Below, piece after piece: positions 24,171-36,915 of a DNA stretch of 64,000 nucleotides. Location: NCBI GenBank assembly GCA_002633005.1, contig NMRA01000030.1, positions 1,510,453-1,574,452 of the forward strand, written 5' to 3'. The translations under genes and the position numbers were made by a program. Below the pieces are notes generated by a model, which worked only from the letters and a program-made list of their open reading frames with translations, did not search any database and was not told the DNA's origin. The stretch's first letter is position 1, and every line of letters starts with the position of its first letter. Source of the stretch: Phoronis australis (Eukaryota; Animalia; Phoronida).

Positions 24171-24677
24171 GATGGATGTAGTCATGCAAAGCCGTTCAAA
24201 GTTCATTTTTGATTGAAGTATCAGATTTACCTCAACTTTCAAACTTTGAAACTTCCACATCCGCTTTGATAGTCAAATTTAAATAAAACTGAATTCAAAA
24301 ACCTAAGTCAGCTTAAGACCTTTTTTCTTGAAACGTACGTGAGACAAATTTAAATGTTATCCTAAAACTGACTCAAATTAAAGATTTGTCTTAACAAATT
24401 CAACTTTCTTGGAACGGGCTCCTGATCTTGGACCTTTAGAATTCACCAAATTATGTCAAAAGTACAACCTGTAGTCATATCAAAACCATTATTTGTAGAC
24501 CAAGACGATATATAGAATATAATAACCACTTGAAACACTAAATATAATCGTATTGGTATCTCACCTTTGAGCTCTTGAACAAGACATCAACACGGGCTAA
24601 ATGGACATGATGCAAAGAATTCTGTCATGCAACATGTTATGCATGCAACAAGTTTTAACGTGCAGATTCGCCCTTAC

Positions 24678-24745
24678 CATGCTAATTTCAACAACGGAAT
24701 CAATTGACGTCACAAACAGGCTGACTGCGTTGACGACAGGACCAC
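24678..24745 (-). CDS. Cys-loop chloride channel, coding exon 3
   Basis: atttag|...|gtaagg; 68 nt, the size of the homologous GlyR/GABA-A exon; GPVVNAVSLFVTSIDSVVEISM. Confidence 0.92.
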
Positions 24746-27700
24746 CTAAATTGCAAACGAGGCAATTAAAGATGTATTTGCATGCTCCTAACTATGCTTA
24801 CAGGAACCAAACAACAACGCTATTTGAACTTCATCTACGCTAAGCAAAGTGAACTTGTATTCCTTGACAGTTTGTAAATGTGAAAACAAAAAACTCTGCA
24901 AATAGGTGACTTTTGAAATAATGGCGTACCTTGGGGGCTTACATAGCCTGCATCATGGAGTGTTTTTCTCCTATACTAAGTCACGATGTTTACTGGATAC
25001 ATTTGCGTGATACACGGCGGACCTTTTTGACGCAAAATTCGTCTTTAAATTTTCAACCTACTTCATGTTAACATCGTCGATATATGTTGTGTTTCAAAAT
25101 AACTTGACCACGCATTAACAAGTTCCTCTTATATAGGACCTTATTGACATGTCTGTCGAATTACCAAGTATCTAAGAAACTGGAGAATTTAACTCAACAG
25201 AAGTATAAATTTTCTGAACGTAAGAAGTCTGTAGATATTTGATTTTATTACAATATGTTAGTTGTTGGGTCACGTGACCATGTATTTTAAGGTACGCATA
25301 GCAAAACAACGGCAGCAATAAGATGACAAATATTCGATTGATATAAAGGTATATTTTGAAATCTCGAAAATGATGTTACATTTTTCTTAATTACAATTTC
25401 ATTTTCTTCTATTGCGTAATAGCGTTTGGAGAATAGTGCATAAAACATAATATCTGACCCTTTCATATAAATCCGATTCATGCTTCTGAAATATGATGTT
25501 TCAAATTAAGCCGCCAAATTTGGACATTTTCCAGGGTCCTACATAGACTTAAGTTGTGCATGCACCGTGCGCATGACTAACGTGTATTTTACGAAGTCTG
25601 AAACATTGTTGCCTCAAACTTGTGAAGCTTAACTTGAATCGTTTTTAATATAAGTTATTAGGCCAAAAACCGGGTTTGGTATCCTTTTAAGTAATGGTAC
25701 AGAGCACTGAAGTTGTTGTCTAGAAACACCGGAAGAAGGCGGCGCCATTTTAGCGTGAATCAGTAAACCACCAGCTAGTACCCACTCAGTCTCTATTTCA
25801 GAATCTAATAGCACTGCCATAATGATAAAAGCTGGGATAAAAGTTGTGATTACCACGCCCACTGCTCACATGCCACTTACGATTAAAACGCTGTTTTGGT
25901 TACAATACAAATGTGCTTTAATTTTGTATCTCTTAAAGGTTATCCAAAACGAACTGCATGCAATTAAGTCGTTAAACAGCAACTGAATAAGACTATTTTT
26001 CTCATAAAAATTACAGAGATTTGAGATAAAATTGTAAAAATCAAAATACGTATGCAAATTATACAGAGGAGTAGTATGGTAAAAATCTGACCAATTGGCT
26101 TCGTTTTCGAGATCTACACCAAATCAAACGCTAATATAGTCTGTGGACTATTAGTACTTGAGTCCGGTGTAGCCTAGAGCTCTGGCATCGCGTTTGTTTA
26201 TTGATGAATCAATGAGATCACTCAGTTTATTTAATCAATTGAACAAAAATATATATTTTACAACCTAATTTAATTATTGGCGTAACTTGAAGATTCCTAA
26301 TCCGGATGATATACGCCATCACCATGTCCGTTACTCGTGTGTCACTCGAGATGTGCACGGTGTTTTGGTTACACTGCAACCGTGCATGCTATGTAGTATT
26401 TCAAATAGATGTTTAAAAAAGGAACAGAATATCTTTAAAATCGTTGAGTGAACGGCAATTAAATCAAAATTTGTCTCAGAAAATGAAAGAAATACGAGAC
26501 AATTTGAAATGTTGAACTTCACATAAAATCAGATTGTAGCGGAGCATGGACAAAATCTGACCAAATGGTCCCATTTTCGAGATGTGCACCAGACTCAAAT
26601 GCTACAAGTCAGGCTTCTAGAGTATCATCCGCTATGTTTTTTAATGTTACGTACGAAAAATACAATGTACAATAATAAGAGTTAGCCCAAAAAAGCGATA
26701 GAAAGCATTATATCTGGGCGTAGGTCCGCTAGGCAAAATAAGTTCCTTCGATCGCAGCGCCCTCATGTAACCAGGAACCAAGCCACTGCGGATAATTCAG
26801 GGCTTCAAAGTATGGTACATCGTCAAATTTTTAATATTTTGTGAGTTCGTCGCGCGTATGCTGAAATTTCAAAAGTTAAATCATCAAACCGTAATGCTTC
26901 CAATTGTAGCCTCAAATCAAATTTTCGTGCCTGTATGTTCGGGATTCCATTACATATTTTATGTGACAAAAAGGAAAATTACTTCAAAATACTATCTTAC
27001 ACGTAAGGTAATAAACGGGTTTATTGGTGAAATATGAAATCAGATAAGATTTTTCAAAATAAACAATTGCTTTCGTGTTTTCGTACTTTTAAAACAGTTT
27101 CACATTCACCAAGAAACATGGGTTTCAATTGCTCTTCATATAAATATATGGTCCTTGTTTTGGTGAATCTTTAGAAACAGCGTAGTTATCCAAAATAACA
27201 TGTCCAAGGAAGCTTCATTGACAATGCGTAGTATTAATTAGCTCACAACTCCTCTACCCCGACAAGAAGCGACGCAATATACAAAGTCTAAGGCTTCCTG
27301 TGCGCAAGATGTTGACTCTTCACCTTCCTAGCGATACCCTTGTATAGGATGGCCGTAGAAATCGGAGAGGGTGTCCTCAAATTTTGAATTGGGGTTTATT
27401 TCACCGTAAACCGTCATTTTTTCTCAATGTTTGTCGTGAAGGAATGCTTCTACAAAATGCTGATACTACGGGCATATAAACTGAGAGAGTGGCTGCCTGA
27501 CCAGATACAACCAACTCGTACTCTCTTTCATTCACCTGGACGCCAGCAAGTCCAGGCACAAATAGTCCAGCCTCCAACACACCCAGAGATGGATGCTTGG
27601 CACTTAAAATGAGCCTCAGTTTGTTGGAAAGTTCCTAAAACGTATTGTAGGTGGTGTTTTCTGAACAGATGTGATAACGCCAACCAGATCGACCGCTGCC

Positions 27701-30700
27701 TCCTTCCAAAAACGAGTCATCCTTGGCAACCGCAGCATATTGATCTCCAAGGTTGCAAACAAATGAGGGCACTGGCTCCCTGCCACCCTTTCTGGTCGTT
27801 CTCTTTCGTGTATGTAAAGGTTAACAGTGATAGTCGACTGTTCGTCCGACTTCTTCACTTGGCAACCAGTCAGTAGCTGCAGCGAAGGAGTCTGTGCCAG
27901 CCAGTTGCTAGTGGCACATACAGTCACGGAGATCGACAATCCCAGCTTAGTGTCTGTTGCACAGTTTACAACTCATAGGAGCAGGCTCTTGTAAAGCATT
28001 ACCGCATGTGTCTCCTTCGCCATACGTCCAGCAGTTGCTCTCAGATAAATGGGCTAAATCGAGAGAGTTCTTTTTTCACTTAGGGTGTGACGTTGAGTCG
28101 ACGATCAACTTGGATTCTAATATGACAAATGGATCTGAAACATCAAACGCGTATATCCATGCCGTTGTCCAAAAGAGTTAGGACATTATGAGCCGATTGT
28201 CCAAGTGGCCAGAAGAGAACTTATTAAATTTTCATCATCACACCTCATACCGTGGTAAGCTTAATAGTTATGTATGCTTTGTCTTGTCAAAAATATTCTA
28301 ACGTGTCGTTTGAAAAAGTGCGTAACCAACCATTACGTGCGGTTTAGTCTGGCGAGATGAAGCATATGTTCGTTGAAAAGGATGGGCGATAGCGATGGCC
28401 CCTCTGGGAGGCAAGCGCCTATAGACACCCATTCTGGTGCTTCAGCATACATCTCCTGTTGCTAAGAACATCCATACCCACCTAACACAGTGTGAAGGTA
28501 CAGCATGCAATCTGCTACAGTGAGGAACTGACCAAAGCTGTAAACTTCTTTCAAGTCGAAGCCAACCAGCAGTGTATTGTCCGGAAACACCGTCATCTGG
28601 TTATTGTTAACTGAATGGTGTTGGAACTAGTAGTGTATGTTTTTACTCAATAACGTTTTCTTGTAAAACTTAAACATTAACAACACTGTAGTATTACAAG
28701 AAACCTATGACAGAAGCAACGAACACAATAACTCGCGACGACGTTGGTAAATGTCAATGGAGATAACATACGTGTACTCATAGTCTTCGACAGTTACGTT
28801 AATCTCGATGTAGGACTACCTTGTGGAAACATACAGTCATCCATTCCGAGTACATGCCTCCTGAAAATTTGTAAAAATCAACAAGCTTGGTTTACATGTA
28901 TTATTATGCTTCGATGCCAGTACTTAAAGATCGATGCGATACCAATGCTGCCATTTTTATACACAAACTCTCGATACTGACAAGCCTTTTAATCCCGGAG
29001 GAATCGATTACATTTCCATTGGGGTGTGCTGCTGTGAAATTACTGTAAGCTATGGACAAGATGAAATCCCATTCTTCTAGAGAGAAAGCATGGTTATAAT
29101 GTAATTGTTCATTAAGTTTAGAAATGTTATTACTTAAGGCGGAAATTTAAATAACCATATGTCCGCTTACAAAAAATGTAACATTGAAGAATAAAAACAA
29201 CCTTTACACTCCTCTGTGTTCCTGTTCCATGCTTTCAAAGAAGTTGGTTGCATTTTCATAGACTGCAGTCGAGAGATTTTGTTCGGCATATATTCGACAT
29301 GAAATGATTTTGTAACCTGCTGTTGAATTGCAAGATAGATTTTGACTGGTACGGGTGGCTATTTATGAAGTATTAATGTAATCTTTATTTATGTTAAAGG
29401 TTTTACCACCGTTCTGTTTATTTGTACACGAATGGGAATTTGTTGAAATCGCTGATCCAAATCCTGGCCAAATGTGTGCATTCTGCTGAGACCAACCGTC
29501 TCATCAGGGCCAGCGAAGAGTAATTTGGTTAATTCGCTCACTAGGCTATGGCTGAACTTCCTCGTAAGGACAAGAGTTTACGAGTCACTACCTTTGGAAG
29601 AAATTTAGAGAATAATTTTCGTCAAAAAGTTTACCAGATAGTTTTCATCAAAACGGAGAAAACAAAAATGGATTTGTGAAGACAGGATTAAGTAATAAAG
29701 TCTCTTAAAAACATTCATCTTCGAAGTGCCTTTAACAAACGTATAAAGTCTTATTGCTGAAACAACTGCCATTCACGTTGACAAAAGAAATAACAAGGTT
29801 TTCTTCCCACAGCCGATTATGGAGTCTTCGGATGGTATGGAAGCTAATTCCTTTGCATTTCGAGTGTGTGGCCGAACAACCGGCCACACAGTAGCCGAAC
29901 ATGATTAGCAGACGACGAACATGTACTTGCCGGAAATTGCACCAGAAAATTTAGCCAGGTGTCGCCAGTGAATAATGACGTAAGGGCTTGTGCGTAAGCT
30001 CAAAGATTTCGTCCATTGAAAGTATACGGAGTTGGCGGTCCATGTACTATAGTCTATGCTTTTGGCGAGTAGGTCGTCTGCTCACTCGCCGGACGCTGAG
30101 TTGCGCACTAAAAGAAAATAACGCCTCCTCCGGGAACTTCAATGGAAATTCTGTGAATCTGTTGTCTATCATCTATTACTGAGCCAATGCATTGCGAATA
30201 GTATAAAATGTCAGATGATAGACAGTTTTTGCGCATTTGCAATTTACATGTCAATATAAGTTCCGCAAATTTGTATAGTCAAAAGACGAATATATTCATA
30301 TCTTAAAATTATCAAACTTTTCGGCAAGTGTGTGCAAGATAACAGATCTTGTGCGTTAGCAGTATGCTGAGTTGGCTGCCCATGTACTATAGCCTATGGT
30401 TCTGTTAAAGGTAACTATCAATATCAAACATGACGCAGCTACTCATTGGTTCAGTGTAAATACAGTACTACAACTTCGGAAGAAAACCAGGAATATTCTA
30501 AACATAGGTTTTACCATTTACATAGGAATACTACTGACATTGTCTGTCGAGAATTTATTTCATCTGGGAATGTCCCAAGGAGACCGGTGTTGTGTTTGGT
30601 AGTCTTTAGTGTACAGGCACGCATACGAAAGCTTTGAGAAGTATTGCAGTACAATAGCCGCCACATGTTCACCTCAGTTCCAAAACTAATATTTCGAACA

Positions 30701-33700
30701 ATATTTTGAAATTTATCGCCACAGATGGTCAAATGCCTTTGGAAAATCGGCAGAAAGAGAGTAAGACCGGCATCTGTGGTTTATAAAACTTAGAAATGTC
30801 AATGTCATGACACCAAAAATTTCCGATGTGGATACCACTGTGCATGCCCACCAATCATTGGTCTTGAACATTTGTACCAGACGGAAAATATCGCTCTAGT
30901 CAAATGATATCTATCAATTATCTTCTGCTACGTTAATACATTTCCTATTAATGCATTAGTCGCAGAGAACCAAAAGGTATTTAATCTACGATTGAACTGT
31001 GTATGCCTCACATCAACATGGTCAACGGATTTCACTGGGTAACAAAAATATTTGTTACTGTATTAAATACTTTTACCGTATTCATTCTTCTCCTCCGATT
31101 GAAATCAGTATAGTTCCGTAACAGTCCCTTGTTATCACAAACTTCGTTGAAAACACGACTAAACAATTTGTTTGAGAGCCTCTTATTGAGTAAATAATCA
31201 CGGAAAATATTCATTACATCAACATGTATTTATTACAGTAATAAATATTTCACTGTGAATATTCATGTCTCTGTTATAAATATTCATTAGAAAAAAACAT
31301 TTGTCACCGTTATTATTCTTGGCTCGTGATTGGTCAAAGAATTGTTACCATAACAATTTGGGAGCTTTTATTACAGCAATAAATCGGATTTATGTCGCAC
31401 TTGGCGAATGATAAACGCAAGCTTGCGAACACAAGACACTCGCCAGTGAGATTTAGTTAACCACGTGCTCCGCTTATAATTCATGGCGGTACATGTATAT
31501 CGAGAAGGTTATGCGAGATCTCCTCAAACTCTAAAGAAGCCTGATGTTTCGGCTACCATAATAATCACCTTCATCAGAGTGACGGACTGGTACATCTACA
31601 GCCAATAAGAGGTACAGAAATTAGGAGCACACCTCTGTCAAGACGAATATGGGCCAAAACGACATCTATTACCATTATCTTTTAATAATGATTATTTTTG
31701 GTAATTCAGTCGAGAAACCTAAACATTCATAATACGTCACGACGAAATAAGAATAAAATTGTAATCGAGTAGGCAACTTATAGTCCTAAACACGAGCAGA
31801 TTAGAAAATAAAAAACAAAATGCAGAAACAGCGTCAAGTCTTAAGCATGCAAAGGTAGTTTTGTTGGGCTATTACAATCTAACCTGTTGTTGGTGTCGAC
31901 GATATGTACCCTCGAACTGACGTCAGAGCGCCTCTAACTCACTGTGTGCATGGGAGTGGGAACTAATGTATACATTTAAAACTCAGAGCAACGCGGCATT
32001 TGACTTACCATACTGGCCTCGGCAAAGTTGGAGAAACTGTTGATGTAAATACCCAAGCTGTTTTTAATTGCAGCGCCTATTTAGAATAGATCAAAACAAA
32101 ACATTGGCTAATAGACCTTTGTACGTTTCCTCTGACTGACGAATGCACAGATTGATGATACAAGATACCTTTTTGAAAATTCAAAAGCAACATTTTTGAT
32201 ACAATTTCAACACTAACATGTCGTCGGTAACATCCCGTTGTAAATTTACAGTGCGTCATTGTATCATCAGCAATATAAATCCTAATCGACTCGATGAAGA
32301 AAAGTCAACTTTGACAATTTAGCATCAGGCTAGATGTAACGTGACACGACTGATTCTTATGCGTCGTATTGTTTGAACTTTTGCGAAACTGAGTTGCAAA
32401 TTAATGCTGGTACATGTATTCACCAGTTGCCAAATAAATTAGCGTCTGAATAGGGTTTGATTGATGGGGCCCCCAAACACCATATAAAACAGTTTCATAC
32501 AAAGCTGAATAATTATCCTATTAGATTCAAGTACACATTGTGGAGGTACATGTAAGGGGGGCAGGGTGCACCCCCGCCGAAACGTCAAAAACGCGTCGAC
32601 ATGCTCATTTTACATTCACTTTGGTCATTTTTATACAAAGTCGAAAATTCGAGTGAGCTTCCCTATCCTAAATACGCCAATATTACATTACACTTTGGTT
32701 GTTAGTTTTGATCTTTTATATTCACACTTGCCACATAAATGACATTTTAAAAACTAACACAATCCAGCAATTTTCTCGACTGGTATCACTTTTTAAACAT
32801 GGCGCATCACTTATCACTTCTCTAGGGATCGTTACAGACATGAATAGTTCGATCGTTAATACATCGTACATCCTTTGAACAACTCCAATATGGTTACATG
32901 TATCTAGGACCTTAATAAACGACCTCATCTGTAAGTCAAATATTGAAAAAACAACCATTAAAAGTAGATCTTTTCTGAAAGGAAAAAGATCGAAGATTCT
33001 AAAAAATATACTTCTTACTAAAATGTCTTTATTATTGTCACGTTATCACGTGACTTAAAAGTCATGTGCAGTTAAGGTACATAATAACTCCCAGTTGATT
33101 TTACTTATAGACCTAACTCACGCGGCGGACACTAAAATCCAAAGCGAGGCTCACTGCGATAAACAAAGCGGAAGTTGACATTGCGTGAGTTAAATGGCCG
33201 GTCTTTCGGATATTAAATCTTAAAAATGTGTCGATAAAGAACTACAGAGACGTAGAAAATTACATTAGAGAACAAGTCAATGCACGAAAGAGTTGGCTGA
33301 CGAAAAGGTAATACTATATTTTTTCGGAAAACTAGGTTCGAATGATAAAAAGTAAATTTGACCAAATTGCGGCGATCGTTGTGTTACGGATTAGATATTA
33401 TGGTGAATGCAAGAGTTACGTTTCTTCTTCTAAACTGTTGATAATGCTTTCTACACGAACCAGGTCATCTACTCGTATTGTAGACGAGTTGAAGCTATAT
33501 TTGACAGTGGTGGCTCATCATATTTTGCTGTGATGTGCAATAAGTCACATCTGGTTTAATTTGTTGATCAAGCATAGCTTAGGTCCAGGTGAGGTAGGGG
33601 CTACCGGGACTAATAGTTGATTTGTCATTGATCTGAAAGAAAAATTTATGTTGTTAAATATATTTTGATTAAAATTAATAACCAGTCTGATAATTACAAA

Positions 33701-34899
33701 GAAAAATTATTTGACCATCGATTCTGCTTTCTTGGTTATTCTTACGTCTATTTCATGCATTAGGTTTCAAATATCAATCTGGACCAAGTTGAATTTCAAA
33801 ATTAAAACACTTTATTCGTTCGTCCAAAGCATAATCTCGTTTTAAAGCTCAATTTCAATTAACTGGACAGAGCAAGCATAGTTATCATGTTTCTTCAGGA
33901 GCCTCGTTATCCGAGGGGAAAGGTGCCTATACCTTCTGAGAGGGATTTTTTTTCGCCGAGTGAGCGAAAATCAACCTCCCGATCACCATCAATAGCACCC
34001 CGCCCTGTTGCACGTTCTCATAGGCTCTGTCTCAAGTAGCATTTTGTGCTCTTTCAAACTATCACCTGTGTGGTTACAGGTGATTTGAACTTCGAAGAGA
34101 CATTTTCAGTCACTAGGGTAATTTTTAGGCCTCGTTTGGGGAATTTCGCGTGATTTTTGAATATTTTAAGAGGGGAATGGGGACGATATTTAGCCCCAAA
34201 ATCGAGGGATTGAGGGCCCAGTCCTCTTTGGAAAGAAAAATGCATCATGTTTCAACCCGTAGTCATGAAAACACTGCCTGGCTGGCCGAAGTTTCTCCGG
34301 TTGTTGCTCCGTTGCTCGGCAACCGAGATGCGACAAAATACAACTGTATGATCTAACTTTTCGATAACATTTATAAATTTTACACGGACATATTTTCCTT
34401 TCTTTGCGGGATATGGCAGCGACCCAACGCATTCGAATCGCAACGCCCTTACGATTGTAAAACAGACAGTTGGATGTCCGTGTTCTAGCCGTTCGATCAA
34501 CGCGGAATACAACTCTGCCGATAAGCCGACAGAACTATCGTGGCGAGTCTTAGTTTGGAACGCGCCTCCTGTCGGCGTGAATTAGGTCTATGTGGAAACT
34601 TTACGTTATGTCTCAAAAAGCTACTAGGATTTTTCGATTTTTCACTTAGTTCGGGTTTTATGCCAAAGTAACTCGCATAACACAAGGCATTTTTGCCAAA
34701 AAGACCAGCGGCATTATTGGTATATCGCTCCGTAGGCGAAAACTAGGCATTTTGAAGCAAAATCATAGCAGACCATTTTTTGCAAATTTCTCTGATGTTG
34801 AGGTCGTTCTTTTAGGTCCTAGATAACATTAAGACTTTTTACAAGGATAACCCGGGTTTGCAGCATGTGGATTGCTACAACTAACTGCGGTCCGTTTAT

Positions 34900-35480
34900 G
34901 AAATAAGGTAAAATGACATTTATAAATGACATTTCTAACTTTGACATAAATCCTATTATTTGGGCAAATGCCGTTATTCAGCCTTCATGCTTCATATCCA
35001 ACCCCTGGTTAGTTCCTACCAAGTCCGATGGTTGCGCTGTTTGTTCTTTCTCTTCAGTTTCCTGTTGGCCCAGCCTCAAGCAACAGTACATTCACTCGTA
35101 AGTTTTCCTAATTAGACAAGTTTATACCTCTCCCGCCCTCCCTACCCGGGGTACCACAAAATTTCACGTCAACCGTTTTCTACCTTTTCCACGCTCCATT
35201 CCTTTTGCCGAACAAAATCTGCTGTTGGTTATTGTTGTTTTTACAGCCACTGCTGGTACCTTCTTCAAGCCCGGAGCGTGTTACCGTCAGGGAAGAACCG
35301 ACGTCATTGGCTAGCTACCGGACCTGTACTTGAGCATCCATTACTGCAGCTTGCTTCTCTCCACCCCGGTCACAGCTCTCGGCACATACTGAGCCACAAC
35401 ACCACGTTCCTTACAATATCTCTTTTTATCACTCCGGCTGGTCTGCTCACTCAGCTTGTCCGAAACCTGCTTTGCAGGTT
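34900..35480 (+). mobile_element. Highly decayed CR1/L2-like LINE remnant
   Basis: FINDISNFDINPIIWAN resembles YINDL...LFADD; downstream SSRHILSH...YNISF resembles the CR1/L2 C-terminus. Weak match. Confidence 0.3.
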
Positions 35481-35487
35481 GTTATAG

Positions 35488-35700
35488 CCCAGTTGGCTGT
35501 TTGGTGTACCCACTTGATACTTTATATGATATTTGCCCATTCGGCAGTTTGTACCCACTTGGTACTTGTTATTGAATTTGTCGCTTTGCTCGACCCAGTT
35601 GGTAGGCAATCGGCCAATACCCATTTGGTATTATGTACCCATTTGGTACTATGCTAACCTGTGCCACTTAGTATCCGATACTCAATTACACTTTGGGTAT
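35488..35700. repeat. Degenerate tandem array of (t)accca(c/t)ttggta units
   Basis: Repeated acccacttg/acccatttggta/acccagttggta at ~18-30 bp spacing. Confidence 0.7.
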
Positions 35701-36399
35701 CGGAAATATGTGTGTTATCTCTTGTAATGTTCTCAACGTATTCCTCCTAAGCAACGCTAGCAAATTTTTATGTACCGTTTATCAATATTGTTGCATCTGA
35801 TTTCCCTACATGAATCTGTACATATATTTGTTTTTATATGTCTGTAACAACATGTCTAAGTATTGGAATACTTATTTTAGATGCTACTTAATTGTACATA
35901 CCTCTAGGTATAAAAGTTTCATTTATGAATTGTTTACAACCCAGATATAATGCTTCGCGGTTTCTGGGTTTGTTTTTCTTTGTATGTTCTGTGTATCCTT
36001 CAATAAATATATATCACAGTGAATCTCTTGTAATTAAGGAACCCATCTGGTTCCTTCTGTGAAATATTTATTTGTAGAGCTGTGACCCTGAAATTGCCAA
36101 TACTACTTAAAATATTTATTATTCTTGTTGTTTTATTTGTCCCCAATAATGGGAAATTACGTGTAATTCAGTTCAGTTCAGTATACTGAGAATACTGTCA
36201 CAGCACACTTTTTAGTACAGAAAAGAAACTTAAAAAACAGAGAAATCTAGGAGTAAGAAGTTTAAGCCAACTTGCAGAAACCAGAGGTTAAGCTTTTAAT
36301 GGAAAGTTTCGACAAACGTAGTAATAGGCCACGCTTACCGTTGTGAAGTCCAACAACCGTCAACATGAAACATTTGCAAAAGATTTCAAGAAGAAGGTT

Positions 36400-36915
36400 A
36401 TAACTTTGAAAATGATGACAGGAAAAATATCTATTCATTGTCTTTTAAAACTACTTTCGATTTCAAGTTGTGTACATTGCAGTTTAAAATATTACATAGA
36501 ATACTTGCAACGAACTCTTTTCCTAAAAATATATTTTGTGAACTCTGGTGTGTGTCTTTATGCCAGTCAAAAACTGAAACAGTAGATCACATCCTTTTCA
36601 AATGCGATAATATAAACTACTGACAGAAGAATTACACTGCTGGGTGTTGATTTTAAAAACTATCAATTTGATTATTGAGAAAGAACAATGCTTTTTGGCT
36701 TGCCCAATAGTAACGAAAATATATTTTTAAGGTGTATTCTTTTGCAATTAAGGTACATGTATTTTATACGCCTATCTAAATATAAACAGTAATCCCCAGT
36801 TTCTGTCATTTCCTTAAGATATTAGAAAGAAAATTTTGTATTCAAAGAAGATTTTCATTAAATAATGGTAATTAATTTAGATGAATACCCAGGCAAAGTG
36901 GAGAAACTGGTTAAC
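36400..36915 (+). mobile_element. Tx1/L1-clade LINE 3' remnant (zf-RVT region)
   Basis: FKTTFDFKLCTLQFKILHRILATNSF...CVSLCQSKTETVDHILFKCDNI shows the QFKILHRIL.TN...C..C....ET..H....C motif. Confidence 0.8.
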
